Assembly (NCBI GenBank): GCA_964647785.1 | Contig: CAZYJD010000004.1 | Span: 386-64,385, forward strand | Direction of reading: 5' to 3' | DNA length: 64,000 nt | Source of the DNA: an uncultured Chitinophagaceae bacterium | GTDB lineage: Bacteria > Bacteroidota > Bacteroidia > NS11-12g > UBA9320 | Shown here: one piece after another, positions 8,143 to 16,780 of the stretch | How the letters are laid out: every line of letters starts with the position of its first letter | Numbering within the stretch: the stretch's first letter is position 1 | Position numbers and translations under genes: made by a program | Notes under the pieces: model-generated | Databases searched by the model: none | Told to the model about the DNA's origin: nothing | Seen by the model: the letters and a program-made list of their open reading frames with translations, nothing else

Positions 8143-9569
8143 GAGGGATCGATTTGCAAAATTACGTAGACGATTTGGTTGTCTTGAAGCGCTGTTTCTA
8201 TTTGGAGAGCGCCCTCTTTTTCCTGCGGTTGAAACCCGACAGGCAGGGCTGGTCCGAGCAAATTTTTCCAACGCAAGACATAACTTTTCTCGCGCCTTGA
8301 GTTGAGGTATTGTTTGATTTTGTTGCAGTCGAGCTCTTTTGCACTCACAATGGCGGCCAGCGCTTCCATGCCTGCTTTGCGCAGGCTGTCCGGCAACGGG
8401 AAGCGCCGGATGCCCTGAATGCCAAAATAAGGCGAGTGTTTGGGGCTATAAGGAAAAAGCAAGGTGTTCGCGCCATCGTTTTTCACCCCATAAAGGTAGA
8501 GGTAGCAAGGGATTTCATTGGCAATTTCAAGTTGAATGGGGCTGTCTTGCTCCGGTTTGCTTCGGGTGCTGAACACGGCTTCATCCATTTGGTTAAGGGG
8601 GTAAGTTGCTCCGCTTTGGGCGTTAATGAGCGATAGGCGGGCATTCACTTTTCGGCTTCCGTCGGGCAATGCTTCCTCCATCAGGAATACACTGTAGGCT
8701 TCCTTGTTGAAATGCAAAAAATCGCGGTAGCGAATCCAGGCTTTGCCTTGTTGCCCCCATTGGGTGCCCCATGAATTGAGCACTTGCAAAGCACCCCCTT
8801 CCAGTGTGTCATCATAGGCGATGATACACATGGCATGACCAAAAAATCCTTCCATGGCAAGGTCTGAATTTCGGGGTGTCCACAAACGCATACCATTCAT
8901 CGGCTCCAGGAAACTTCCGCCCACCATCATGCCAATCACCACCGGCCTGCCTTGTGAAATGTTTTGTTTGATGGCATCCAGATGGGTGCGATAATCATGG
9001 CCATCAAGTGTTAAGCGATGAAAACCAATGCGGTTGAATTGCCCCATTTTTTTGCGCAATGAGGGCGGGGGCATGCGCGAGCAATCATGTTCATCATAAG
9101 GGAAGTCGCGCATGGGCAGCACGCCATTCTGCTTCATGGCTTGCAGGCCTTTGAAAATGCTGGCGCTTTGGCAGTTCGGGGATGAAATCTGGTTGAAAAG
9201 GGAAGAAGGACTGAACGCAAGTGGTTGCGCCGGTTGATCGCAGGCAATGGCTTCGAGTATGGTTCTGGCGGCATAGGCCGATGCCCATCCAACACTTGAA
9301 CCTTGCGTTCCCTGATCCTGGGCTTCTGGCGCGTAAGCTGCCAAGCTCGCTTGTGCCGGCAAGCGGTTAACAACGGCCTCCGTGCTGAGCGGTTCATACA
9401 CCATGGCCCGATCATACTCCGCCGGTATCAGCTCACAACCGCTGCTAAAAGGCTGCTCGCGCAGGGCGTTGATTTTGGCCGGATTCATGTTGAACCAAGC
9501 TGCCAGCCCAAGCAACAAAAGGACAAGGATTCCGACGGTGATAAGTGTGTGGGCTTTTCGTGTGGGCAT
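8139..9569 (-). CDS. membrane-anchored papain-like (C1 family) peptidase homolog with a C-terminal extension; the catalytic Cys position appears to be Ser
   Basis: N-terminal TM anchor. C1-like blocks are present: QGTQGSSVGWASAYAA (compare QGxCGSCWAFS), GHAMCIIAYDD (His block) and NSWGTQWGQQGKAWIRY (the Asn-Ser-Trp block). Confidence 0.5.
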   Translation of the reverse strand: MPTRKAHTLITVGILVLLLLGLAAWFNMNPAKINALREQPFSSGCELIPAEYDRAMVYEPLSTEAVVNRLPAQASLAAYAPEAQDQGTQGSSVGWASAYAARTILEAIACDQPAQPLAFSPSSLFNQISSPNCQSASIFKGLQAMKQNGVLPMRDFPYDEHDCSRMPPPSLRKKMGQFNRIGFHRLTLDGHDYRTHLDAIKQNISQGRPVVIGMMVGGSFLEPMNGMRLWTPRNSDLAMEGFFGHAMCIIAYDDTLEGGALQVLNSWGTQWGQQGKAWIRYRDFLHFNKEAYSVFLMEEALPDGSRKVNARLSLINAQSGATYPLNQMDEAVFSTRSKPEQDSPIQLEIANEIPCYLYLYGVKNDGANTLLFPYSPKHSPYFGIQGIRRFPLPDSLRKAGMEALAAIVSAKELDCNKIKQYLNSRREKSYVLRWKNLLGPALPVGFQPQEKEGALQIETALQDNQIVYVILQIDPS

Positions 9570-9760
9570 GTTTTTTGGAAATTCTCTCTTGGAGTTTTTC
9601 TGTATGGGTTGAGCGATTGTTTAAATCCTGCCCAAAGGTAGCACAAAAGAAGACGGGCTTGCTTGTAGATGCGCTGACGAAAATATGACAGAATTATTCG
9701 ATGAACGGAAATTGTAAAATTTGGGTCAGAAGGATATTTGCAACTCATTTTTTAGAATCC

Positions 9761-9949
9761 ATGAAGTACAAAATCATGATGCTCATCGCAGTGGCTGCGA
9801 TGGCATGCAACAATGCCGGCGAAAACGCTGAAGAAACCACCAACACTGACACCACCATCGTAGCTGAAGAAGTAGCACCGGTTGAGGAAGCTGAAATGGC
9901 TGCTGACACTACTGCTGCTGATACCACAGTGGCTGAAGTTACTGAGTAA
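9761..9949 (+). CDS. small acidic low-complexity lipoprotein (63 aa)
   Basis: Starts MKYKIMMLIAVAAMAC (lipobox-like), followed by an Asp/Glu/Thr/Ala-rich tail; a strong terminator follows. Confidence 0.35.
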   Translation: MKYKIMMLIAVAAMACNNAGENAEETTNTDTTIVAEEVAPVEEAEMAADTTAADTTVAEVTE

Positions 9950-9974
9950 TTCTCAGCGCAAGAAACAACAATGT

Positions 9975-10006
9975 AAGACGGTTCGAAAGGGCCGTCTTTT
10001 TTTTTG
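9975..10006 (+). terminator. rho-independent terminator
   Basis: Stem AAGACGG/CCGTCTT (7 bp) with a 10-nt loop, followed by a run of 9 T. Confidence 0.6.
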
Positions 10007-10009
10007 GTT

Positions 10010-10597
10010 TTAGCCCAGGGCTTTCAGGAAATGGTTGCGGTCAGTTTCCATGAATTCACCAAGCCCTAAACCTGCCAGTGATATCTTCCCGATGCGCACG
10101 CGAATGAGTCGCAGGGTGGGAAACCCAATGGCAGCCGTCATTCTTCGTATCTGCCGGTTTTTACCTTCGTTCAACACAATTTTTAGCCAGCAATCGGGGA
10201 TGTGCTGCCGCTGTCGTATGGGTGGATCGCGCTCTGCCACTTTTGGGCGTGCTTCTTCAAAAATGCCGGCAAATTTCGCTCGTAGCACTTGTGGTTTCCC
10301 TTTGATATTCAATTGAATGCCACGGGTGAGTGCTTCGAGATCTTCCTTTTTTGGCATGCCCTCTACTTGCACCCAGTACTCCTTTTCCGTTCCTTTTTCT
10401 GAATAGGGCTTCATGAGCGATCTTTCAGAACTGAGCAACAACAAGCCTTCGCTGTCTTCATCGAGACGGCCCAGTGGATATACATCTGCCGGTACATCCA
10501 GGAAATGGGATAAGGTGGTTTTGCTAGTGCCTTCTGACGTGAATTGGCACAACACTTTATGGGGTTTGTGAAAGAGATAGTAGCGTTTCAAGCGCAA
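10010..10597 (-). CDS. RsuA/RluE-family pseudouridine synthase
   Basis: Blocks YYLFHKPHKVLCQFT and PLGRLDEDSEGLLLLS match the ..KP.GV.S.......GRLD.DS.GLLLL signature. Confidence 0.7.
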   Translation of the reverse strand: MRLKRYYLFHKPHKVLCQFTSEGTSKTTLSHFLDVPADVYPLGRLDEDSEGLLLLSSERSLMKPYSEKGTEKEYWVQVEGMPKKEDLEALTRGIQLNIKGKPQVLRAKFAGIFEEARPKVAERDPPIRQRQHIPDCWLKIVLNEGKNRQIRRMTAAIGFPTLRLIRVRIGKISLAGLGLGEFMETDRNHFLKALG

Positions 10598-10621
10598 CGA
10601 AGATAAAACGGCTGCATTGAT

Positions 10622-11395
10622 TTAGTCAGCTGGTGCAATGATTTTCACCCATTTCAGACTGCCGGCATTGTACACTTGCGGCATTCCCTGTTCAGCGCTG
10701 CGATGCCGTCGGAATTGCTCATCGACATAAAATGAAATCGGCTCTTTGATTGTTATATGATCAAACCCCAGTGATCGGTACAATTTTCCACTTCCCCAGT
10801 CCAGATCGTGGTAGGTCATCAAATGTTGGGCACGACTCGTCACCATTGCATGGTGCAACAATCTGCTGAATCCTCCAACAACATTCCAGCCGGTGCGAGT
10901 AGCAAAGCGAATTATTTCGCAAGAGCGCAGCATGTTCTCCTGCCGCAAGACACGGGCTTTACTCAAACTGAGCAGGGCGTAAACCTCATCCGCATGGAGC
11001 AGTGCAAGGTGGTAGTGGCCGCCGGCATAAGCTGCGGGATGATGCTGTTCGAGAAAGCTGCGGGCGGCTTGCTTATCGATGCGTTCAACGCTTAGCGAAC
11101 GGGCAAAGATCCTTTTATTCTTTCCCAGCATGCTGCGAAATCGCTCTTTCATGAGGTGGTTTTGTCCTTTCCATCGGTCTTCCCACAAATGGATGAGTTC
11201 CAACTTGCGTTCCATGGCTTGTAAGCTCATTTGCGTTAAATGATCAGGATCAACCAAAAGCGGGGGTGCGGGCAGGTGCACCATCAGCCCTTGTGCCGGT
11301 ATTTCAATAATGGGGTAGGGGACTGCATTTATTTTTTTGCAATGCAGGGCTAAATCGTTCTGCAGAAACAGTTGTACCTCATCTCTCCATTCCAT
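10622..11395 (-). CDS. hypothetical protein (257 aa), family not recognised
   Basis: Long ATG ORF with no overlap; the C-terminal half loosely resembles an acyltransferase/GNAT fold but has no firm motif. Confidence 0.4.
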   Translation of the reverse strand: MEWRDEVQLFLQNDLALHCKKINAVPYPIIEIPAQGLMVHLPAPPLLVDPDHLTQMSLQAMERKLELIHLWEDRWKGQNHLMKERFRSMLGKNKRIFARSLSVERIDKQAARSFLEQHHPAAYAGGHYHLALLHADEVYALLSLSKARVLRQENMLRSCEIIRFATRTGWNVVGGFSRLLHHAMVTSRAQHLMTYHDLDWGSGKLYRSLGFDHITIKEPISFYVDEQFRRHRSAEQGMPQVYNAGSLKWVKIIAPAD

Positions 11396-11486
11396 GGTAT
11401 TCAGAGAAATTGTTCATGAGGCGTGTTGTTTGGGTTGCAAGCCTGGGCTTGTTCGCTTGGGGAGAAAGAAGGGGGCTTTCTGGCAA

Positions 11487-12179
11487 TCAACCTTGCAGGG
11501 CGAATTCCATCATGCTGTCGAACAGCAATTTGCCATCGGTGTTCAACAAATCGGCTGAAGCGGCTCGCTCGGGGTGTGGCATCATGCCAAACACGTTTCT
11601 TCCTTCATTGCAAATGCCGGCGATGTTGTTCAATGATCCGTTGGGATTGGCCGCATCATTCACTTTTCCATTGGCATCGCAATAGCGGAAAAGCACTTGC
11701 TCATTCTTCTCGAGTTGTGCAATGGTGGCTTCATCGGCATAATACCGGCCTTCTGCATGCGCAATGGGAATTTTATAAGCCTTGCCTTTTTCGTAATGGC
11801 GCGTAATGGCGGTTTGGTTGTTCGCTACGCTCAGGTATACATTGTCGCAAATGAAGAGCTGACCGTTGTTTCTCAAAAGGGTTCCGGGCAACAATTGCGA
11901 CTCGCACAAAATTTGGAACCCGTTGCAAATGCCCATGAGCTTGCCGCCTTTGCCGGCGAAATCTGAAATGGGCCCCATGATGGGTGAGAGCTTTGCAATG
12001 GCTCCGCTGCGCAGGTAGTCACCATAGGAAAATCCACCCGGAAGAAACACAAAATCCAAAGCCGGGAGCTCGGTATCTTTGTGCCAGAGTTCAGTTACTT
12101 CTGCTCCTGCATTTCTCAGTACGTTGATCAGATCCTGATCGCAATTGGAGCCGGGGAATATTACCACACCGCATTTCAT
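11487..12179 (-). CDS. purQ: phosphoribosylformylglycinamidine synthase subunit PurQ (glutaminase)
   Basis: Contains MKCGVVIFPGSNCD, GICNGFQIL and the MMPHPER C-terminal block. The ORF-track N-terminal extension is unlikely to be real. Confidence 0.8.
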   Translation of the reverse strand: MKCGVVIFPGSNCDQDLINVLRNAGAEVTELWHKDTELPALDFVFLPGGFSYGDYLRSGAIAKLSPIMGPISDFAGKGGKLMGICNGFQILCESQLLPGTLLRNNGQLFICDNVYLSVANNQTAITRHYEKGKAYKIPIAHAEGRYYADEATIAQLEKNEQVLFRYCDANGKVNDAANPNGSLNNIAGICNEGRNVFGMMPHPERAASADLLNTDGKLLFDSMMEFALQG

Positions 12180-12242
12180 AGGCCAAATGTTTGTTGCAAA
12201 AATAAGCCCGCTGCGCTGTTTTCCGAGCCCGAATGTCAACAA

Positions 12243-12944
12243 TCAGGCGAGTGTGTAAAACTCTGTTTTTTCGGTGGTATGGCTCAGAATAACGCCCGTA
12301 CTGATGAGATTGACGAGTATTTTGGCTGCGCGGTGTCGGCTGATGTTTACCAGTTTTTTGAACTGCATGAGGGTGATGCGTTCATTTTGGCGCAGGTACT
12401 TCAGCAGGGCTTCTTCTTCTTTGCTGTATTGAATCATGGTGCCCTGCTCGCGGCCTTTTCTGCGCATCACATCGTACACCACCTTGCTGGCCAGCAGGCT
12501 TTTGTCGTTCACGCGCACATAGGCCCACCATTTTCCTTCTTCATCTTTGGCCAGGTAGGGTTTTTCTGCGCCTTCGGGAACAATGCATTCGATGATGATT
12601 TTTCCTCCGGCATCCCATTCCCTGATTTCTACGTCGATCTCCGGTTTACAGAAAAAGTGGGCTGCCAGATCGAGCATGTATTTTTCATCTTCCGATCGCA
12701 CGCCTGCAATGCTGCGGTTGTCGCGCACGCCCACCAGCAGAATGCCCCCTTTGCTGTTGGCAAAGGCACTCATGGTCTTGGCAATTTTAGAAGCGCTGGA
12801 TATGCTCTGCTTGTAATCCAGTTGTTGGTCTTCGCCTCTCGCCAGCAGCTGTTTGATGTGTTCATGCACGGCTTTTCGAATAACGTTTATTTTGATAACA
12901 CTTTCGCAAGCCGGAAGTTGACAACTTATTCCGAAACGGCCCAA
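12243..12944 (-). CDS. AlbA_2 (Schlafen-like) domain putative DNA-binding regulator with a C-terminal HTH-like region
   Basis: The blocks AFANSKGGILLVGV and IAGV are typical of the divergent-AAA/AlbA_2 domain; the start codon is uncertain. Confidence 0.5.
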   Translation of the reverse strand: MGRFGISCQLPACESVIKINVIRKAVHEHIKQLLARGEDQQLDYKQSISSASKIAKTMSAFANSKGGILLVGVRDNRSIAGVRSEDEKYMLDLAAHFFCKPEIDVEIREWDAGGKIIIECIVPEGAEKPYLAKDEEGKWWAYVRVNDKSLLASKVVYDVMRRKGREQGTMIQYSKEEEALLKYLRQNERITLMQFKKLVNISRHRAAKILVNLISTGVILSHTTEKTEFYTLA

Positions 12945-13168
12945 TTACTTGCATCCGATAAAAATCAAAAATTCTATTTCAGGTCCTCAAATCAATAAAA
13001 AAGCATTGTATTAAATCATACATGATCCAAATTGTTGATTTTGGTAAGTTCTCATCAACGACCCTATCAGGAGAGCTTGATGGGGTTAAATATTTCAATC
13101 CATCAGGCTGCATTTTGGATGGATGCAGTTCAAGAAAATGAGTCTACGGGAGGCCATCGACCAATCAA

Positions 13169-13756
13169 TTACGACTCATCATCGTACTTGCTCCAGTCGA
13201 TCTTGTTCATGAAGTGTCGTTCCATGGAGGTCCATTCGGAAGGCGGTCGCCAGCGGCCCCGGCCGTAAGCATACCTCGCTTTTTTCCAGCTGCCGTATCG
13301 ATCGTAATTCTTTCGGAGGTAATAGATGCCACAAACCAGGTAGTTGTATCGGGTTTTTCCGCCTTTCAGCCCCAGCTCTTTGTATAAAATCCAAAACGAT
13401 CGGTCAATCACCTGCAGGTCGCCATCGCGCAGCAGAAAATCCAAATCGTGTATGTTTTGCCAGCGCGATTCATTCATGCCTATTTCATAAACCAGCTCCG
13501 GGGGCACGCCCATGCTCAATGCAATGGAGTCAGCAATTTCCAGGATGCTGGGTTTAAATTGAATGCAGCAAAGGGTGTCTTCCGTTTCGATCCGTCCTGA
13601 ATCGATGGTTTTTACGGCGCAAAAACGGGTGCCTTCTCTGCCTTTCTCATCGAAAATTACTTCCTCCTGCACCACTTTCCACTCCACCGGAAACTGGGTG
13701 CGGGCATCTTTCAGCAAGAAGCAAAAGAAAACGATGAATAGGGCTGGCCGTTTCAT
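13169..13756 (-). CDS. secreted hypothetical protein, possibly lysozyme- or transglycosylase-like
   Basis: Signal peptide MKRPALFIVFFCFLLKDARTQ; the EIGMNESRWQ block resembles the SLT/GH23 catalytic E-S region only weakly. Its start overlaps the RidA stop by 4 nt. Confidence 0.35.
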   Translation of the reverse strand: MKRPALFIVFFCFLLKDARTQFPVEWKVVQEEVIFDEKGREGTRFCAVKTIDSGRIETEDTLCCIQFKPSILEIADSIALSMGVPPELVYEIGMNESRWQNIHDLDFLLRDGDLQVIDRSFWILYKELGLKGGKTRYNYLVCGIYYLRKNYDRYGSWKKARYAYGRGRWRPPSEWTSMERHFMNKIDWSKYDDES

Positions 13757-14178
13757 GCATCGATGGTGGCAATCACTTTCAGCTCAATGGCGATGGGAGT
13801 GGGCAGCTTGTTGATTTCAACCGTGGTTCTGCAGGGCTCGTTGTCTTTGAAATACTCGGCATAAACGCGGTTGTAGGTTTTAAAGTCGTCGTCCATATTG
13901 GTGAGAAACACCGTTACATCCACAATTTGATCCCAACTGCTGCCGGCGTCCTCCAGTATGTATCGGATGTTGCGAAAAACGCTGTGACACTGGGCTTCGA
14001 TATCATAGCTTAGTATTTTTCCCTGATCGTCCAGTTCAACACCGGGTATTTTTTTGGTTCCTCTTTCCCTGGGGCCAACGCCTGAAAGAAAAAGCAAATT
14101 GCCAAGCTTGCGCGCATGGGGATAAAGGCCCACCGGTTCGGGTGCGCGTTGGCTATCGTGTTTCAATGAATTACTCAT
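13753..14178 (-). CDS. RidA/YjgF-family reactive-intermediate deaminase
   Basis: Conservation fits the family across the full length (GPYS..., TVFL.DM..F...N.VY..YF, PARTTVEV..LP). Confidence 0.75.
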   Translation of the reverse strand: MSNSLKHDSQRAPEPVGLYPHARKLGNLLFLSGVGPRERGTKKIPGVELDDQGKILSYDIEAQCHSVFRNIRYILEDAGSSWDQIVDVTVFLTNMDDDFKTYNRVYAEYFKDNEPCRTTVEINKLPTPIAIELKVIATIDA

Positions 14179-14207
14179 GCCTCAAAAATAGCAGAAGCCT
14201 CAGAAAG

Positions 14208-15401
14208 TTATTTGTCTTCCACGCTGATCTCCATTTCAGGAGTTTTTTTAATCACGGTGCGATTTTTTTGAGGTGCTGCAGGCTTGCTGCCTTGTGCCGC
14301 AGGAGCGGTTGATGGGTGAGCCTGTGCGTTGGGCACTTGTGCCGGGCGTGCACTTCTGCTTTTGCCTCTTCTCACCGGAACAGGCTTGCTTAAACCGCTG
14401 GTCCATACCACGGCGCCATAACTTTCGTCATCCGATTCCTGATGCATCCCGGCGGCAATCAGGGTGCCATCTCGATAAAAGGCGACATCGCGCACATTCC
14501 GACCACCATCTTCAAAGCTTCTTATCAGATTTCCGGTGGCTATATCCCAAAGTTTTACCGTTCCATCGGTTGAGCCCGTGATAACATATTTGCAATCGGG
14601 ACTGATATCCACGCAGGTTACTTTCCAGCTGTGGCCTTCCAGCTTTTTATGGATCTTTCCTTTTTGCAAATCCCACACAATGGCTGTTTTATCATTGCTG
14701 CCACTCACCAGGTATTTTCGGTCCAGGCTGTAAGCAACGGAGTTTACATAATCGGTATGCCCTTCAAATGTTTTGATTTGCACGCCTTTAATGGCATCGT
14801 ATTGTTTGATCACCGGACTGTTGTCGGCAACAAAGAGCGAACGCCGATCCAGGCTCAAGGCCATGCCATTCACCGGTATGCCGTGCTTGATTTGCTTTTG
14901 TTCGCTTTTCTTGTTCCAGTCGTAAATGGAGATGAGGCCGGCATCTGAAGCAGAAAAGATGAAGCGCATGCCGGGATCAAAAAACAGACTGCTGATTCCA
15001 CCCGTATGCAACATCAGTTCTTTCTCGGGCTTGAACCGATCGGTGCTGCTGTCGTAAGCATGTACAGAGATTTTGCGATCTTGTCCGCCACTGAGCAAAT
15101 ATTTGCCGTCTCTGCTAAAATTGAGTGCAGTAATGCTCCCCGAATGGGGAAAGAAGTGACTGTGATAATTAAAAGCACTATCGGTGTGATACACCATCAC
15201 CGCTTCGTCCCAACCCGCAGACACCAAGTAATTGCCATCGGGACTAAAAGCGACCTGTTCAACCAAATCCCGGTGATCCAGCAAGCGAAGGCATTGAATG
15301 CGAAAACTGTCAGTATTTTGAATGCTGTCGGTCTGGCTGTAAGCGGTAGGCAGAATAAGAAGGGTGAAAATCAGCGTACTTAGGAATCTCATATTTCTCA
15401 T
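14208..15401 (-). CDS. secreted WD40-repeat beta-propeller protein with a Pro/Ala-rich C-terminal tail
   Basis: Multiple WD40 units are present, for example GHTDYVNSVAYSLDRKYLVSGSNDKTAIVWDL and GHSWKVTCVDISPD...KLWDI. The signal peptide MRNMRFLSTLIFTLLILPTAYSQ starts at 15401. Confidence 0.7.
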   Translation of the reverse strand: MRNMRFLSTLIFTLLILPTAYSQTDSIQNTDSFRIQCLRLLDHRDLVEQVAFSPDGNYLVSAGWDEAVMVYHTDSAFNYHSHFFPHSGSITALNFSRDGKYLLSGGQDRKISVHAYDSSTDRFKPEKELMLHTGGISSLFFDPGMRFIFSASDAGLISIYDWNKKSEQKQIKHGIPVNGMALSLDRRSLFVADNSPVIKQYDAIKGVQIKTFEGHTDYVNSVAYSLDRKYLVSGSNDKTAIVWDLQKGKIHKKLEGHSWKVTCVDISPDCKYVITGSTDGTVKLWDIATGNLIRSFEDGGRNVRDVAFYRDGTLIAAGMHQESDDESYGAVVWTSGLSKPVPVRRGKSRSARPAQVPNAQAHPSTAPAAQGSKPAAPQKNRTVIKKTPEMEISVEDK

Positions 15402-15448
15402 AACCTGTTCTATCAAATATAAGGAAAATAAGATGCTCTGGCAAATGA

Positions 15449-16780
15449 TCATTTGTATCGCATCCAACGCAGCAATTCGCGGTAACTTGCCTTTTTGCCA
15501 TACATCAAAATGCCTGTTCGATAGATGCGCGACGCCAGCCAGATAACGAAAATGAAGAAGGCGGTAAGAATGGCCATTGACAGAAAAACTTGCCACAGAG
15601 GTGGTTCAAAAGGAATGCGCACCATCATGGCAATGGGGGAGGTGAGCGGAATGTAACTCAGCCAGGTAGAGAGGGTGCCGTTCGGATCTCGGATGATCAC
15701 CGAAGTGCTGAGCACAATGGCAAACACCAGGGGAATGGTAATCGGAAACATGAACTGCTGGGTATCGGTTTCCGAATCAACTGCGGCACCTACTGCCGCA
15801 AAAAGGGCACTATAGGTGAGATAGCCCCCAATGAAATAGAACAGGAAGCCGCCAATGATCAGCGGAAAGTTCAGGTCGAGTACGGGGGCAATCAGTTTTT
15901 CGATAGCTCCCTGAGCAACAGGATTCTCAGCTCCCATCCCCGGACCCGCTTCCATGCCCAGATTCAGATTCAGACTGAGCATGAGGATGGAAATCAGCAC
16001 TCCACTCAATATCACCCAAATCAGTATTTGCGTGAGGCCCACCATGGCGATTCCCAGTACTTTGCCCAGCATGAGCTGAAAGGGTTTAACCGTGCTCACA
16101 ATCAGTTCCACAATGCGATTGGTTTTTTCTTCTATCACCCCGCGCATTACCTGCACCCCGTAAAGAAAGATGAAAATGTAAATGGCAAAACTCAGGGCCA
16201 TACCCACCACGGTATAGAGTTCAATGCTGGCATTCTCGGCATTCCCGCTCTCATCTATTCGGAGGGCGTTGATGCTCACCCGGCTCTTTAAACTGTCGAT
16301 GCGCTCTTTTGAAATGCCCATGCGCTCCATTTTCATTTCGCGGATGGCCAGTGCAAAGGCATCTTCCATCTGTTGCCGGTTTTGAAGACTCAGGTTGTTT
16401 TCTGATTCAAACTGAAAATCCGGAAGCGAACTGATATCATCAAATGCCGGAATAATCAGTTTCCCGAAATACTGCTCCTGATCCAGCAAGTTCAGATTGG
16501 AGGCCTCTTCATCAGACAGGTATTCGAACATCAGCTTGCCTTTTTCTTGCACCTGATCTTTGAACAATCCGCTTTGATCAATTACAGCGATGGTTTTTCC
16601 GTCATCGCCCAATTCCTGATTAACACTGATGTAGATGATGGCACCGTAAAAGGCAGCAATCAGCACCGGACCCAATAAGGTCATGATGATGAATGATTTT
16701 TTCTTAACCCTGCTCAGGTATTCGCGTTTGGTAACTAGCCAGGTGTTATTCATGGGGGTGGTTTTGAACAAGTTGAACAA
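15449..16780 (-). CDS. ABC-2-type transporter permease with a large N-terminal extracytoplasmic loop
   Basis: One N-terminal TM helix, a ~150-aa loop, then six TM helices, typical of ABC-2 (NatB/YhaP-like) permeases; it lies directly downstream of an ABC ATPase. Confidence 0.65.
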   Translation of the reverse strand: MFNLFKTTPMNNTWLVTKREYLSRVKKKSFIIMTLLGPVLIAAFYGAIIYISVNQELGDDGKTIAVIDQSGLFKDQVQEKGKLMFEYLSDEEASNLNLLDQEQYFGKLIIPAFDDISSLPDFQFESENNLSLQNRQQMEDAFALAIREMKMERMGISKERIDSLKSRVSINALRIDESGNAENASIELYTVVGMALSFAIYIFIFLYGVQVMRGVIEEKTNRIVELIVSTVKPFQLMLGKVLGIAMVGLTQILIWVILSGVLISILMLSLNLNLGMEAGPGMGAENPVAQGAIEKLIAPVLDLNFPLIIGGFLFYFIGGYLTYSALFAAVGAAVDSETDTQQFMFPITIPLVFAIVLSTSVIIRDPNGTLSTWLSYIPLTSPIAMMVRIPFEPPLWQVFLSMAILTAFFIFVIWLASRIYRTGILMYGKKASYRELLRWMRYK

